This document shows, one piece after another, positions 1 through 12,364 of a stretch of DNA of 50,806 nucleotides. Positions within the stretch are counted from its first letter, which is position 1. Each line of letters begins with the position of its first letter. Source of the stretch: Octopus bimaculoides (taxonomy: Eukaryota); NCBI RefSeq assembly GCF_001194135.2, contig NC_068988.1, positions 45,755,015-45,805,820 of the forward strand, read 5' to 3'. Position numbers and translations under genes: made by a program. Under the pieces are notes generated by a model. It did no database searches, had not been told where the DNA came from, and was given only the letters and a program-made list of their open reading frames with translations.

Positions 1-219
1 TATATATATATATATATATATATATCTACCTATCTGTTGGTTTGTCTGTCTGTCTGACTGTTTATCTATTTTACTCTCACTCTTTCTCTCTCTATCTAGA
101 CAGACAGGTACATAGACTATGTATGTATTCATGTGTACACATACACACACTACTTACGCACACTAAACACACACACACACACGCACACACATGTTTGTAA
201 ATGTGAGTTAGTGTATGCT

Positions 220-316
<97 letters not shown>

Positions 317-650
317 ATATATGTGTGTATGTGTGTGTAAATGTGTATGTATGTGTGTATATGTGTTTGTGTACATGAGAGCAACACAGAGGCTTGGACT
401 GACAATCAAATATGCACACACATTAAACACACACTCATACACACACACACATGCACACACTTATCTATATGTATCCATGTATGGAGAATATTTGCATGTG
501 GACTTCTCTGTGTATGTCGGGTGTCTGTCTATATGTGTGTGTGTGTGTGTGTGTGCGCGCGTATGTGTGTATGTGTGTGCATGCATGCTTGTGTGTGTGT
601 ATGCTTGTGAGTGTGTGAGGGTTATTGAAGATGTGTTAGTTTCTCATTTG
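1..650. repeat. Compound microsatellite block: (TA)n, (CA)n/(TG)n, (CT)n, (TCTG)n
   Basis: Read directly, e.g. uninterrupted TA run ~222-304. Confidence 0.95.
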
Positions 651-871
651 TGATCATAAAGATATATGAAATGCCTTTCCTGCTAAAGATTGCATCTAAC
701 GAGTTAAAGTTTTATCTGCTATTAGCAAATTAAATTAAGTATTTGATTCTTGAGGGTAGATTGAGAAAGATGTTGAATTAGATGTTAGATAGCAATTACA
801 CAAGTCATGCATAGGCTGAGAACTATCTTGTAAATCTCTTCCTTGTTGTTATTTTGCATTTTACGTTTTAG

Positions 872-928
872 TCCCAAATTAAGCAAGTTCAACTCTTGGT
901 GGCATTTCTGTTAAGTAGTAATGCAGAA
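872..928 (+). CDS. Candidate internal coding exon (57 nt, phase 0-0), SQIKQVQLLVAFLLSSNAE; host gene unidentified
   Basis: Long pyrimidine-rich tract ending TTTTAG (870-871) and a GAA|GTAAGT donor (929). Length is a multiple of 3 and only the phase-0 frame is stop-free. Lies outside recognisable repeats. Confidence 0.5.
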
Positions 929-1169
929 GTAAGTACAACCTCCATTTCGTAGTATTTATCTAAGAACTAACATTGGCTTACAGTTAAAATTGTAGTCATA
1001 GCCGTTGCCAGTGTCATGTGAATGACCCCCTTGAAATCATAATTTTGGCCATTGTTGGTTGCGTGATCTTCAAATGTTGGGACTCAAGGAGGCAATGGCA
1101 AGTGACTGAGACCTTGTGTGATATGCTGTACTTGGGAAGGGTCATGAAGCCAAGTGAAATCATAGTCTT

Positions 1170-1400
1170 ATTTCTTTATTACCCACAAGTGGCTAAACAT
1201 AGAGGGGACAAACAAGGACAGACAAAGGAATTAAGTCAATTACATCGACCCCAGTGCACAACTGGTATTTAACTTATCGACTCCGAAAGGATGAAAGGCA
1301 AAGTTGACCTCGGCGGAATTTGAACTCAGAATGTAATGGCAAACGAAATACTGCTAAGCATTTCACCCAGCATGCTAACGTTTCTGCCAGCTCACCGCCT
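1170..1400 (-). mobile_element. SINE family A (head AGGCGGTGAGCTGGCAGAA; central GGTCAACTTTGCCTTTCATCCTTTCGG-GTCGATAA motif)
   Basis: Homologous copies at 15771, 28423, 31452, 39402 and 39975. The central motif resembles, from memory, a conserved metazoan SINE core. Confidence 0.85.
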
Positions 1401-3498
1401 GGTGTCATGTAAATGGCAACCGTGCTGGTGGATCATAAAAGAGGGAATTAACTTCTTAATTCAGATGACCCATCCAGTACTTGGCAATAAAGGAAATAGA
1501 TATATTAGGCAAATGTGAAAGTTGTCTATGGTGACAAACAAACACACATACATACACACGCACTCACACACACACATACTCTATCTTGCTCTCTCTCACA
1601 TGCATGCACACACACACAAACACACTTGCATGTACACACTCATACACCTACACACACAACAGTTTTATTGACAGTAACTTCAAAGTTGTTTAGTGTAGTT
1701 TGGTCAAAAGAGCAAGCAAAGCAACACAATTATGCATCTGACTTTTCTACAAAAAGCAGAAAGGAATTGGTTAAAATAGAACTCACTTCTAACCCGTCCA
1801 GTTTTAGACAATTCTTTCTGAACCTTAAAATAAATACTTGAGATCTTTCATTTGCCTTCACCTCACAGTTTGAACAAGCTATGACTAGTAAAACTTCAAA
1901 GTCACAATCAATAAAATTATACATTAGACTCAGATTCCATATTTGTATTGAGTTCAATATTCAATCAGCGTTTATTGTTTTTATGTATTTGAAAACATAT
2001 ATTCTTAGCCTGTGTTATATTTCAGAGCTTGTTTTTTTGCATGGTAAATCTTCCTTTTGCAGTGTTCAATAGAAATATATAATCAGCCCATATAACCCAA
2101 AGTGCGACAATATTTGCTATTGAAATCCAGTTATAATAAGAAAGGGTTATCCAGTCGATTTGAAACCTCTTTTGGTTCAGTGCAGATAACCGATGACACC
2201 AGGTCATCTTGAAAATCGTCTTAGAAGTATTGTACCTCCCAGTACAGAAGCATCAAGATTGGTTTGATGACAGCAACTTAGCAAAAAAATGCATGATTCA
2301 AACAAGTCCTGAATCAATAATAAACACTTCGATATTAAAATATGACATTTTAATAGGCAAGTAATAAGTTCAAACTGGCCTTATTCTCCTGAGGGCAGTT
2401 TGCACCTTGCTGATAATCATAAGCTGCTGAACTCCAGAAAGCAGAGAACAAGGACTCAAAAGCTTTCTATTAAGCTTTCCAAAAGGGGTTTGGCTCATTA
2501 AAAAATGCTTTATTTGCTGCTCAATCATCTGATGGTCTGCTGGTCAGACTCTTCTGTATTCATATTTTTTCTTGGTGGGAAATGCATTTTGAGGCTGGTC
2601 ATAATTCTAACCCTGTCCTCAAAGATAATGTTAATGATTCTATTCTTCAAAGGCCAAAATCCTGGAGCTCTTTTGAGCCATGTTTAAAGGAAGTTCAAGT
2701 TGTCTTAAAGCAAATATCATCAAAGCCCCTGGTAAGGATAGCACTCCACCAGAAATCTTGAAATATGGTGGTAAAAAATTTATGCAAAAGCTTTTTGAGC
2801 TCTTCAAGGTCATTGAGAGAGTTAGATGTGTCTCACAAGATTACAAGAATGCCTTAATCATGCACATTCTCAAGGGAAGAAAACCCTGCAATAACTCAAA
2901 GAGCATATCTCTCCCGTGCATTGCAGATAAAATCCAGGCAGCATAATTCTTAACAGGTTACTCAAGCATGTTATCAATGATATCTATCCAGAATCACAAT
3001 GTGGACTTAGTTCATGATGCAACACCAATGCCATGATATTTTCATTTCATTTAAATTGTTAAGAAAATTCGTAAAAAAAGTTATGAACTGTATATGGTTT
3101 CAAAGATCTGAACAAAGCATTCAACAATGTCAGCAGAAATTCTCTCTAGATAGTTCGGAAAAAACAAAAAACAAAAAGAAAAATGGCATACCTGATAAAA
3201 TGCTCAATGTCATCATTTCTCTTCATGCAGGAATGAAAAGAAATCTGTTTTAGCAGACAGTAAACTGTTACACACTTTTGACATTTTGAACAGTACAGAA
3301 CAGGGTTGTGTCATAACCCCAGTACTTTTTGCACTATTCGTTTCAGCTATGTTGTACCATGCATATGGTGATTTCTATTCAGGTGTACAATTCCAATTTC
3401 ACACCAGTGATAGACTTCTTTAAAGCTAAAATGCTTATCTGAATGGCAATAGTATGTGACTTCTTGTTTGCGAATGATGTTTCGCTTGTTACAATATC

Positions 3499-4160
3499 CA
3501 TCATCATCATCATTTAGCATCCATTTACCATGCTGGCATGGGTTAGATGTTTGACTGGAACTGGTAAGTTGGAAGTCTGTACCAGGTTCCATTCTAATTT
3601 TGGCTTGGTTTCTATGGCTGGATGTGCTTCCTAGCACCAACCACTCCAAGAGTGTAGTGGGCACCTTTTATGTGTCCCCATCACATGTGCCATTTACATG
3701 TCACCGGCACAGGTGCCTTTTACATGTCACCAACATGGGTACCTTTTATGTGTCACCAACATGGGTGCTTTTACATGTCACCAGCAGGGGTACCTTTTTC
3801 ATGTCAGTGGCTCAGGTGCCTTCTATGTGTTGCTTGCATGGATGCCTGTAACGTGTCACTGGCACAGGTGCCTTTTACATGTCACTGGCACGGGCACTTT
3901 TTACGTGTCACCAACACAGGTGCCTTTTATGCGTCACCAGCACAGGTGCCCTTTACATGTCATCAGCACAGTTGCCTTTTATGTGTCACCCACCAGAGCA
4001 TGTACCTTTTACGTGTCATTGGCACAAGTGCCACTTATGTGTCACCAACATGGGTGCTTTTCACATGTCACCAGCATGGGTGCCTTTAATGTGTCACTGA
4101 CACAGGTGCCTTTTATGTGTCGCCAGCTTGAGCGCCTTTTATATGTCACCGGAACTGGCC
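3499..4160 (-). mobile_element. SINE/LINE-tail family D with (ATG)n tail and an internally expanded minisatellite
   Basis: Plus strand reads (CAT)n-TTTAGCATCCATTTACCATGCTGGCATGGG...GGATGTGCTTCCTAGCACCAACCACTCC. Homologous to 30060-30292 and 48345-48650. Confidence 0.85.
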
Positions 4161-4165
4161 ACTAC
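3667..4165. repeat. Degenerate 26-bp minisatellite, ~19 units, consensus ~TTTTACRTGTCACCRGCACRGGTGCC
   Basis: Successive 25-27-nt units read directly (one 30-nt unit); no spacers. Confidence 0.9.
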
Positions 4166-4700
4166 TACAGGATCTTTCTAATCTCTTCTCCAATGCAAGA
4201 TAGCTTTCACTTTCACTATCAACATTAAAAACAGCAAAGTTATCTCACAGCCAAATCCAATGCTAATCCTCAAACAAATCAGACATATAAAACAATAGCA
4301 ACCATGACAAAACCTGAAATATATAAAGTCATTCACATATCTAGGGATATGTAAGAGTTAGTAAAAGGAAAATTGCCCCTCTGTAAAACAATGCCTCAAT
4401 AATATATTCATCTAACCCATTCTAGCATGGAAAATGGACATAAAAATAAATAGATAAATCTAAACCTCCCACACTCTCCCCTCCTTTCTCTTTCTTTCTC
4501 TTGCTTCACATCTGTAGCTAAATACCCCTTTCATTTTCTCTCTCTCTATCTCCTCACTTATACGCGTCTTATTCTCCATAATCTCTATCATCTTTCATAG
4601 AATTATCTTGTTGTCATTTCCACAATCTATTTAATTATCAAAGTCAGCTTGTCTTTATATCTTTTGTGTTTGCATGTGTGTCTATGTGTGTGTGTGTGTG

Positions 4701-4734
<34 letters not shown>

Positions 4735-4819
4735 TGATCAAGTGCATATTGAAGTAAAAGTTGTGTTCTGGTGTGTCTTTTCTACGTTTGTATAAGGAAG
4801 AAACAAAAGTAAAGTTGAC

Positions 4820-5030
4820 TTACAAAGCCACAATGCAGACAATACATTTCACTAGAAAAGTAACTATGAACAAAAACTGGTACAAGTTGGTGGTGGTAGA
4901 AGTGGTGGTGTTATAGTGGTAGAGATGAAGAAGATGATGAAGATGATAATAATGATGACGCTGATGGTTATGGTGATGATTTGATGATGATGACGATGAC
5001 GATGACAACGATGGCGATGTTGATTATGAT
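4820..5030. repeat. (GGT)/(GAT)/(GAC) trinucleotide repeats
   Basis: Read directly. Confidence 0.85.
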
Positions 5031-6055
5031 GAACATCTTGAAGTCTTTAAATGGTTAAAATGCTGGACTCCTCATTAATTTTCCTATCTTGACACATTGT
5101 CTTTTTTTCTTCCTTGTACATTACTTAGCTTCATTAAAAAAACATGATTACAAATAACTCCTTCACATTTAAAAGATTACTTAAGTATTTCACAGTTGAA
5201 GGGTTTATTAACTGTTAATAATGTGAAAACAAATCAAATTTACACACTTGGAAAACTTTTCTATCTATTAACTCTACACAATGATAAAAATGCATTGAAT
5301 GCACTAACACACATATGCACTAATTCACAGGATGCTCACACACACACACATACACACACTCATTCACACATTCACAGGATGGATGTTTGTCTTGAAATAT
5401 TTGTACCTCTGGCCAATTCTCCTTTCTCAGTCATGTTATAAAATAACTTTAGAAAACGTAACATTGTTCTCTCCCACCACCCACTTCATCCCACCCCTTC
5501 AAAACATACACATTTTGTAAGTCGTGAAGATTTCTATCACATGGCAAACGCAGCCTTTGATAATTCGGTTATGTTTGTGCATGTGTGGTTGCTGCATGTA
5601 AATGTCTTTTGTCAACAAACAAATAAGAGCTAAATTTAATTTGATATAAAGTCTGATGAAAGACTTTGTGAACTTATTGCTGAAGGTAATGACAGATCAT
5701 GTGTTTGTGCAGCCACATAATTTAACTATCCATATACTCTATAATGGCTTTTGAAATTAGTGAGACAGTGTGTGTGTGTATGTGTGTGTTTATGTGAATG
5801 TATGTTTGTATGGACTCACTTGCATAAACAGTTTCAAAACATTGGTAAAGTACATCTCTAAGAAACACAACAGCCACTTCGGTTGCATACATTTCTTGTC
5901 TGTCACAGTGCTTAATTCATCATGCTTTTTACAGATTATGAATTTTTATTGTAGGCCATCCTTCTCACATAGTCTACTCTGCATCTTTCACTCAGAGCTA
6001 TGAAGTAATTAGTCACAAACTATATTAACTGGTATTCCATTGGTTATGACAATGA

Positions 6056-6336
6056 GGGTTCCAGTTAATCTGCTCATGAGATTAACGTGCAGGTGGCTGA
6101 GCGCTTCACAGGCATGTGTACTTTTAGTGTAGTTCTCAGGGAGATTCAACATGATACAGAGTATAACTAAGCTGGCCCTTTAAATTACAGGTACAATTAA
6201 TCATTGGTAGCTGAGTGCATGGAAGCAATGTGAAATAAAGTGTTTTGCTCAAGGACACAATACACCATGAAGAATTGAACTTGGAACGTTACAATCAGGA
6301 GCCAAATACCCTAACCACTAAACTACACTTCTTCAC
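6056..6336 (-). mobile_element. SINE family F: tRNA-like head, GTGTCCTTGAGCAA core, and the same 3' tail as family C
   Basis: Minus strand reads GTGAAGAAGTGTAGTTTAGTGGTTAGGG...GTGTCCTTGAGCAAAACACTT. The tail matches 18000-18150. Confidence 0.75.
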
Positions 6337-6456
6337 AAACTATATAAATGATCCACAATTACCATTAGCTGGGACTTTTCTGCAATAACATTCACTTGCA
6401 GTCTGGAGTGTATTTTCAAAAGAGACTATTAAACCTAATTTCATCACTAATATTTG

Positions 6457-6810
6457 TGGCTGCGTGATAAATAGCTTGCTTACCAACCACATGGTTCTGG
6501 GTTCAGTCCCACTGTGTGGCACCTTGGGCAAGTATCTTCTACTATAGCCTCAGGTTGACTATAGCCTTGTGAGTGGATTTGGTAGACAGAAACTGAAAGA
6601 AGCCCATTGTATATATGTGTGTGTGTCTGTGTTTGTACCCCCAACATCGCTTGACAACCGATGTTGGTGCGTTTATGTCTCCGTAACTTAGTGGTTCGGC
6701 AAAAGAGCCTAGGCCTACAAAGAATAAGTCCTGGAGTCAATTTGCTCAACTAAAGGCAGTGCTCCAGCATGGTTGTAGTCAAATGACTGAAACAAGTAAA
6801 AGAATAGAAT
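6457..6810 (+). mobile_element. SINE family B (tRNA-derived, CORE-like GGCACCTTGGGCAAGT), near full length
   Basis: B-box-like GGTTCAGTCCC; ACCTTGGGCAAGT matches the CORE-SINE motif; more than 10 copies in the window. Confidence 0.85.
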
Positions 6811-7744
6811 ATATATTCCAATAACCTGACTACCACCAAGTTGTGTTCCCCTTCTGTGTCTGCCCTACCATTTCTAAAACAGTATCTGCTCCTGTTTTGC
6901 GAATTGGTTTACAATCTATTTGACTGATTTTATCCTCCCATTATTATTACTGAATCACATTTACTAAACTTTACACCAAGTTTCTTTATCCAATTCTTTC
7001 TCTTTAAAACAGTGTCTACATTGATCTTCTTTAAGAATTAGCATATCTTTCAAATTCTATATTCTGAAGCTCATATTTATGAATCTCCTTAAACTTATTT
7101 TTTGTTATTCTGTCTATGAGGTCTCAAAACACTTTTGAGCTACCTGTTCTATTTAACTAAGCTTATATTTATACTTACTTTATCCAATAAATAAAGATAT
7201 AAATGTATGTAAAGTTTGTGGCAGGCATTCCTCTCTGGTATATATTAATTTTTGCACCTGTATTTATCAAGCTTTCAATTTATCCTTAGTTAGATGTGAT
7301 GCAGCTTCCATCAGTTATGGATGATCATGCTAATGCGAATGTATAAGCAGACCCAGGCATGACTTTTTGAGGAAGATTGGCCATTACTCAAGCGGTTCTC
7401 CATTATCCAAGCCACCAAATTATATCCAAAGGAAAGACCACCAACTTGGGGCCAATGCAGCTTGGCATCATTGTCATTGCAGGTGTTGTTATCAGAATGC
7501 AAACAGCCAGATATCTTGCTTGACCCTTTGTAACACTTCTGCTAATCCATCTCTCTGATAAGCTGGAATACAATCTAAAATCTCACAGATTTGTTATAAT
7601 TATGTTAATGAAATATCACTAATTAAGACTTCCCTTTGTGATTCATCACTAATATAATTACACATAATGATTATACGACTAATTATACAAGATAAACCAA
7701 ACACAAAAATTTTTTCATGTTTTAGGGTTTCTCAAGTTTTGGAA

Positions 7745-7915
7745 ATAGCAGTCAAATCTCCTATAAACAACATCGTAACATCATTAAAAGGACACAACAG
7801 ATAATGTAATGCTAGGAAACACTGTTTGAATAGAAGATAGGATGGTCATGAAAGAATCAATTTTGATCAGAAGACCTGCACGTTCAGAGATTACTCGGAG
7901 CTATAGCACCATCCA
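7745..7915 (+). mobile_element. Interspersed repeat family E (AATAGCAGTCAAATCTCC...GATGGTCATG), diverged
   Basis: Similar to 27385-27520 (+) and 13010-13200 (-). Confidence 0.55.
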
Positions 7916-8228
7916 CATTTCACAGAACCTAGCCTTAACTTCATAGGTCTGCAATAACTTTGTACTTTGCCTATGGACATATCACAATGTCAGTGATGTG
8001 ATATGAACTGGAAGATTTCAAGCTGAAAAGTTGTCACCTTTTCTATGAAATCATTCAGCTATTACCGACAATTCAATACAACCTACATACACCTAAGCAA
8101 AAACATTTTTTCTTAGGCCTAGTCTACACATACAAATTATGCATATATTGTCTTATTTTAAGTGCAACTACACACACACACACATCTATATGAACATGTT
8201 TACATGCATACATACATACATACATACA

Positions 8229-8261
<33 letters not shown>

Positions 8262-8460
8262 GTATATATATATTCCTCACACACAAACACATGCTTTCTT
8301 AGAAACATAAGGATACACATATACACACATACACACATATATATGTATACATATACATATATATGTATATATTATGTTTTTCCTCTTTGAAAATATACAT
8401 AGGTATATGTGCCTGCATAGATGTGTATACACACACATTTCACACAAACACACACCCACC

Positions 8461-8496
<36 letters not shown>

Positions 8497-8730
8497 TTAG
8501 TGTCTCTGATTTCATCTCACAGTTTTTCTTCTATATTCCATTACGTGCCTCATTGTTTTCCTCTGTCATCAGTTACTTAACAACATTGCTTCCACTTAAT
8601 TTCTTTCAATCCATTGCTGAAAGAAATAATGGAAAATCTTCTGCTTGAATAACTGAGTGAAAAAGACAAATATATTTCTCTATTTAATTTTACTGCCTTT
8701 ATTTTTTTTCAGACGTAAGATTAAGCATAG

Positions 8731-8758
8731 ATTTGCATAAATGACTCTATATGCAAAT
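8731..8758. promoter_or_regulatory. Inverted pair of POU octamer motifs (ATTTGCAT-N12-ATGCAAAT)
   Basis: Exact motifs at 8731-8738 and 8751-8758. Function is not shown. Confidence 0.25.
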
Positions 8759-8925
8759 ATTATTACTCTGCAAAATTGTCTTTGGATAATTCGGCAGAAG
8801 CTTTTGAAAAGGAATTATTGTGAAAGATGATTTTCTTTCATAGTATCTTTAACTTCAGACAAAACTAATGGCTTTCATTTAAGACAAAACTATTATTCAG
8901 TTGATAGATAGACAAAAAAAGAAGG

Positions 8926-8956
<31 letters not shown>

Positions 8957-8959
8957 TAT

Positions 8960-8996
<37 letters not shown>

Positions 8997-9734
8997 NNNN
9001 NNNNNNNNNNNNNNNNNNNNNNNNNNNNNNNNNNNNNNNNNNNNNNNNNNNNNNNNNNNNNNNNNNNNNNNNNNNNNNNNNNNNNNNNNNNNNNNNNNNN
9101 NNNNNNNNNNNNNNNNNNNNNNNNNNNNNNNNNNNNNNNNNNNNNNNNNNNNNNNNNNNNNNNNNNNNNNNNNNNNNNNNNNNNNNNNNNNNNNNNNNNN
9201 NNNNNNNNNNNNNNNNNNNNNNNNNNNNNNNNNNNNNNNNNNNNNNNNNNNNNNNNNNNNNNNNNNNNNNNNNNNNNNNNNNNNNNNNNNNNNNNNNNNN
9301 NNNNNNNNNNNNNNNNNNNNNNNNNNNNNNNNNNNNNNNNNNNNNNNNNNNNNNNNNNNNNNNNNNNNNNNNNNNNNNNNNNNNNNNNNNNNNNNNNNNN
9401 NNNNNNNNNNNNNNNNNNNNNNNNNNNNNNNNNNNNNNNNNNNNNNNNNNNNNNNNNNNNNNNAGAGAGAGAGAGAGGTAAAGATGTGTAAATTTTCTTT
9501 TGAAGTGTATTGTCACTTTGCTCTAATTGTATTCCTCACTATTTGAAATGTTATGTAAAAGGAGAGAGAACTCAACAGCATTAACCATTCCCATATCCCT
9601 GTTCTCTTCTCTTTTTGTTTTTATTTGACCTAATGAAATAACTCTTAAGTACTCTGGGCAGTATTTTGTGGTTCTATACGTATAAATGTATATATTAGTA
9701 CTACACATGAAACTCTTGACCTTTGAATTACTTA

Positions 9735-9900
9735 TGTAACTTTATAGTTGTGTTGTTAAGAAGTTTGCTTCCCAACAACCTGGTTTCAGATTCAGGCCCC
9801 AAATGTGACATCCTGGGTTAGTGTCTTTTCTTCAATCCTGCGCTGGCCAAAGCCATGTAAATGTATTTCGTAGATAGAATGGGAAAGATGCTCTTTATAT
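9735..9900 (+). mobile_element. SINE family B, diverged 5' part
   Basis: AAGAAGTTTGCTTCCCAAC..GGTTTCAGATTCAGGCCC..GTGTCTTTTC. Confidence 0.65.
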
Positions 9901-9929
9901 ATATACACACATTCACCATGTTGGACCAC

Positions 9930-10110
9930 TGAACGCAACATTTTTTTTCATTCTCTCTCTGTTTATTTCCTCTTGTTCCCTTCTGTTGGAGAGCATAAGC
10001 TCGAAACACAGAAGACTTTTCCATTTTTCGTAGGCATCAAACTAATACACTTGCTTGTTGTTCCTACAACTGTCTTCATCTTTGTTTTTCTATAAATTTC
10101 AACTATATAG
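9930..10110 (+). mobile_element. Penelope-like terminal-repeat remnant with a degenerate hammerhead core (GAGC-ATAA-GCTC-GAAAC)
   Basis: Homologous to the reverse complement of 46945-47100, which terminates the GIY-YIG-bearing PLE. Confidence 0.65.
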
Positions 10111-10200
10111 AATTAAAATTAGGGTTCAGGAAGAATTGCTTCACTCATACTAATTTTTGGTGTGTGGTGAAGCAATTCTTGCTGGACCCTAATTTTAATT
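10111..10200 (+). ncRNA. 90-nt near-perfect hairpin (pre-miRNA-like, or a tiny palindromic MITE)
   Basis: The 34-nt arms match at 32/34 positions. Inner CATACTA/TGGTGTG pairs with G.U wobbles around a short loop. Confidence 0.4.
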
Positions 10201-11497
10201 ATATTTATATAACTTTTACCAATAATGGTTTTTTAACATACAGAACTACTTGGTTTAAATTACTAGTTATTAATTAATTATTAATTTTTACCCTATATCT
10301 GTAAGTATATATACATATATATATGTTTGTATTTATAAAATATTTGTGTTCAGCAAATAATTATTTGTTTTGTTTCAAAATAATTTAATGTATTATAGCC
10401 TCTAAAATATAAGGGCCAATTTTAAGATACAACTTGCAGATACTTTGGAATGCATCATCAGTGATGTTTCTGGGGGTTTCAGTGAGTTTGGTGTCTTTCA
10501 ACATCAGTCCCATTTGCCCAGTTGACCCAGCTGGGGTTGTCCAAGTCTCAGTTTGCATTTCAATAGCAGCAAACCACTGGTCTTTTTTATTTATCCAAAG
10601 TCACTTAGAAACATTTTCTGCTGCTTTAGTGATGGAACTTATAACCCTTCACTTTGCTGCACTGGTCACAGTTGAGTCTTATTCAGCTTTGAGACCTTCT
10701 TTAGAACTAATTCGTTAATTCCATCATGACTGAATGTTCCGTTTTATTTTCCTGAAATATGTTATGAGATAACTGATTTCTTACAGAGGCAGACAGCCAC
10801 CAAATGGAATTAGCAGTATTTTATCGATTCTAATGGGAGTTGAACTTAAATCACAGTATTATTTAACTTCATTATTGATAGACATTTATACAAACATCCC
10901 ACTTTTCGATTTCTTAATCTGTCTGAAAGAAGATTAAGATAACCACAGCTCATCAATCAATAATATCAAAACAAATATCAGGCCCTTTAATTAGTCATTG
11001 TCATATCTTCAGAAATGTTACTTAATAATTAAGGATTTGCTTTCCTGTTTCATATCTGTAATGAGCATTTGTTTACAGTTATTATAATCCACCATATTAA
11101 TCTGTCTGTCTGTTAGCTGTCAGTATGCCATAACTGTCTTAGACATAAGCAGAATATTAACATGCTGTAAATTTAATGAAAGCTTCATCAAACTTAAAAC
11201 ATTAATTGGAACAGGACTGCCTAAGAGATGTAAAGGTTCTCTCCAAAATGGTAGAATTTACTTTGTTTCATTTCACTATACATAAATAATTCAGTTTTGC
11301 AAATTTTGTTACCTGATTATTGCTGATGCATTCTATCACTGGTTTCATTAAACACTAGTATTTTTCTTAACTAATTAGATAATTTTATGTATATGTGCAT
11401 ATATTTGTGTGCATGTATCTGTATATAGGCTTAAGTATATAATCTACATGTCTATGTATATCTGTGTGTGTGTGTGTGTGTGTGTATATTTATATAT

Positions 11498-11534
<37 letters not shown>

Positions 11535-11623
11535 NNNNNNNNNNNNNNNNNNNNNNNNNNNNNNNNNNNNNNNNNNNNNNNNNNNNNNNNNNNNNNNNNN
11601 NNNNNNNNNNNNNNNNNNNNNNN

Positions 11624-11696
<73 letters not shown>

Positions 11697-11879
11697 TTTA
11701 TTTGTATGTCTACACAACACGAGTATAGTGATTATTTTATAAACATGATATTATTTCTTTTGGACATTTACATCTAAATTCTTCAGTATTTAGACCTTAC
11801 ATCTCCAATAGAATTCACAAGAAGGCATTTGTACAGTTGTTTGAACTGCTAGATACAGCAGTCAAATGTACCCTTATTC

Positions 11880-12055
11880 AACAGGCTTCTCTCAATTTCT
11901 GTCTACCACATCCACTGCTGACAGACTTTAAGTTGACTTGGGTTAAAGTGGAAGATACTTGCCAAAGATGTTAAGTAGTCGGTTTGAACTCAAACCCACA
12001 TGTTTTGGAAGCAAGCTTCTTAACTACATTACCACACCTGTGTACATTTATCGCA
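11880..12055 (-). mobile_element. SINE family B, diverged
   Basis: TCAATTTCTGTCTACCACATCCACT...GAAGATACTTGCCAAAG...GGAAGCAAGCTTCTTAAC. Confidence 0.7.
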
Positions 12056-12083
12056 CCTGCTCCCACTACCATACCTGTGCCTT

Positions 12084-12137
<54 letters not shown>

Positions 12138-12145
12138 TGTGTGTG

Positions 12146-12364
12146 TTAGTATTCAGATTATTCTGAATACATAAGTGTAAAGCATATGTATTCACACCAT
12201 TTCAAATTAATCATGCATTATTTCATGGATTTGATATTTCAATGATGCGATTATTTATTTTTAAACACTGTAAGGTAGCTATGAAAGACAACATCTGACC
12301 AGTCTGAAAATAAAACAGGTAGAATATTTTGCCTGGATATGACCAGTTTAAACACTAATGAGTT
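12146..12364. mobile_element. Degenerate copy of the piggyBac-type MITE at 28724-28949
   Basis: Colinear similarity: TTAGTATTCAGATTATT..CATGCATTAT..ATAAAACAGGTAGAAT..CTGGATATG..GAGTTAA. Confidence 0.6.

Larger units (their letters stand above)
2225..4350 (+). mobile_element. Decayed RTE-clade LINE ORF fragment (pre-RT and RT region), interrupted by the family D insert at ~3499-4160
   Basis: RTE motifs in correct order across frameshifts: KHQDWFDD (2248), AELQKAENKDSKAFY, KAPGKDSTPPEILKYGG, ILNRLLKHV..YPESQCG, DLNKAFNNVSR, GIPDKMLNVIISLHAGM, QGCVITPVLF, LFAND (for FADD). After the insert: LQDLSNLFS..FTINIKNSKVISQP..FTYLG. Confidence 0.9.

Noticed and set aside
92-653. Many 60-430-aa ORFs of the YIYI, HTHT, VCVC and LSLS type (also at 8.9, 11.4, 13.2, 22, 26.5, 34 and 36 kb)
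   Set aside because: These are translations of dinucleotide microsatellites and N-gaps, not genes.
3600-4228. Cys/His-rich repetitive ORFs (139 and 176 aa) and a CRISPR-like periodicity
   Set aside because: Both come from the 26-bp minisatellite. There are no unique spacers, no cas genes, and the context is eukaryotic; a 26-bp period also cannot hold one repeat frame.
5651-5686. CTGATGA inside an AAAGTCT/AGACTTT hairpin, and a possible 34-nt exon SDERLCELIAE
   Set aside because: There is no GAAA after a stem II, so it is not a hammerhead, and the acceptor is weak. Other CTGATGA hits (~19424, 23794, 32296, 46417) also lack the fold.
7310-7560. Non-repetitive, more GC-balanced stretch
   Set aside because: No frame gave a recognisable protein or paired splice sites; it may be an old unrecognised TE.
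10434-10760. 94-aa plus-strand ORF, and a minus-strand acceptor giving ENKTEHSVMMELTN* followed by AATAAA
   Set aside because: No recognisable domain and no supporting upstream exon; I could not distinguish it from chance.
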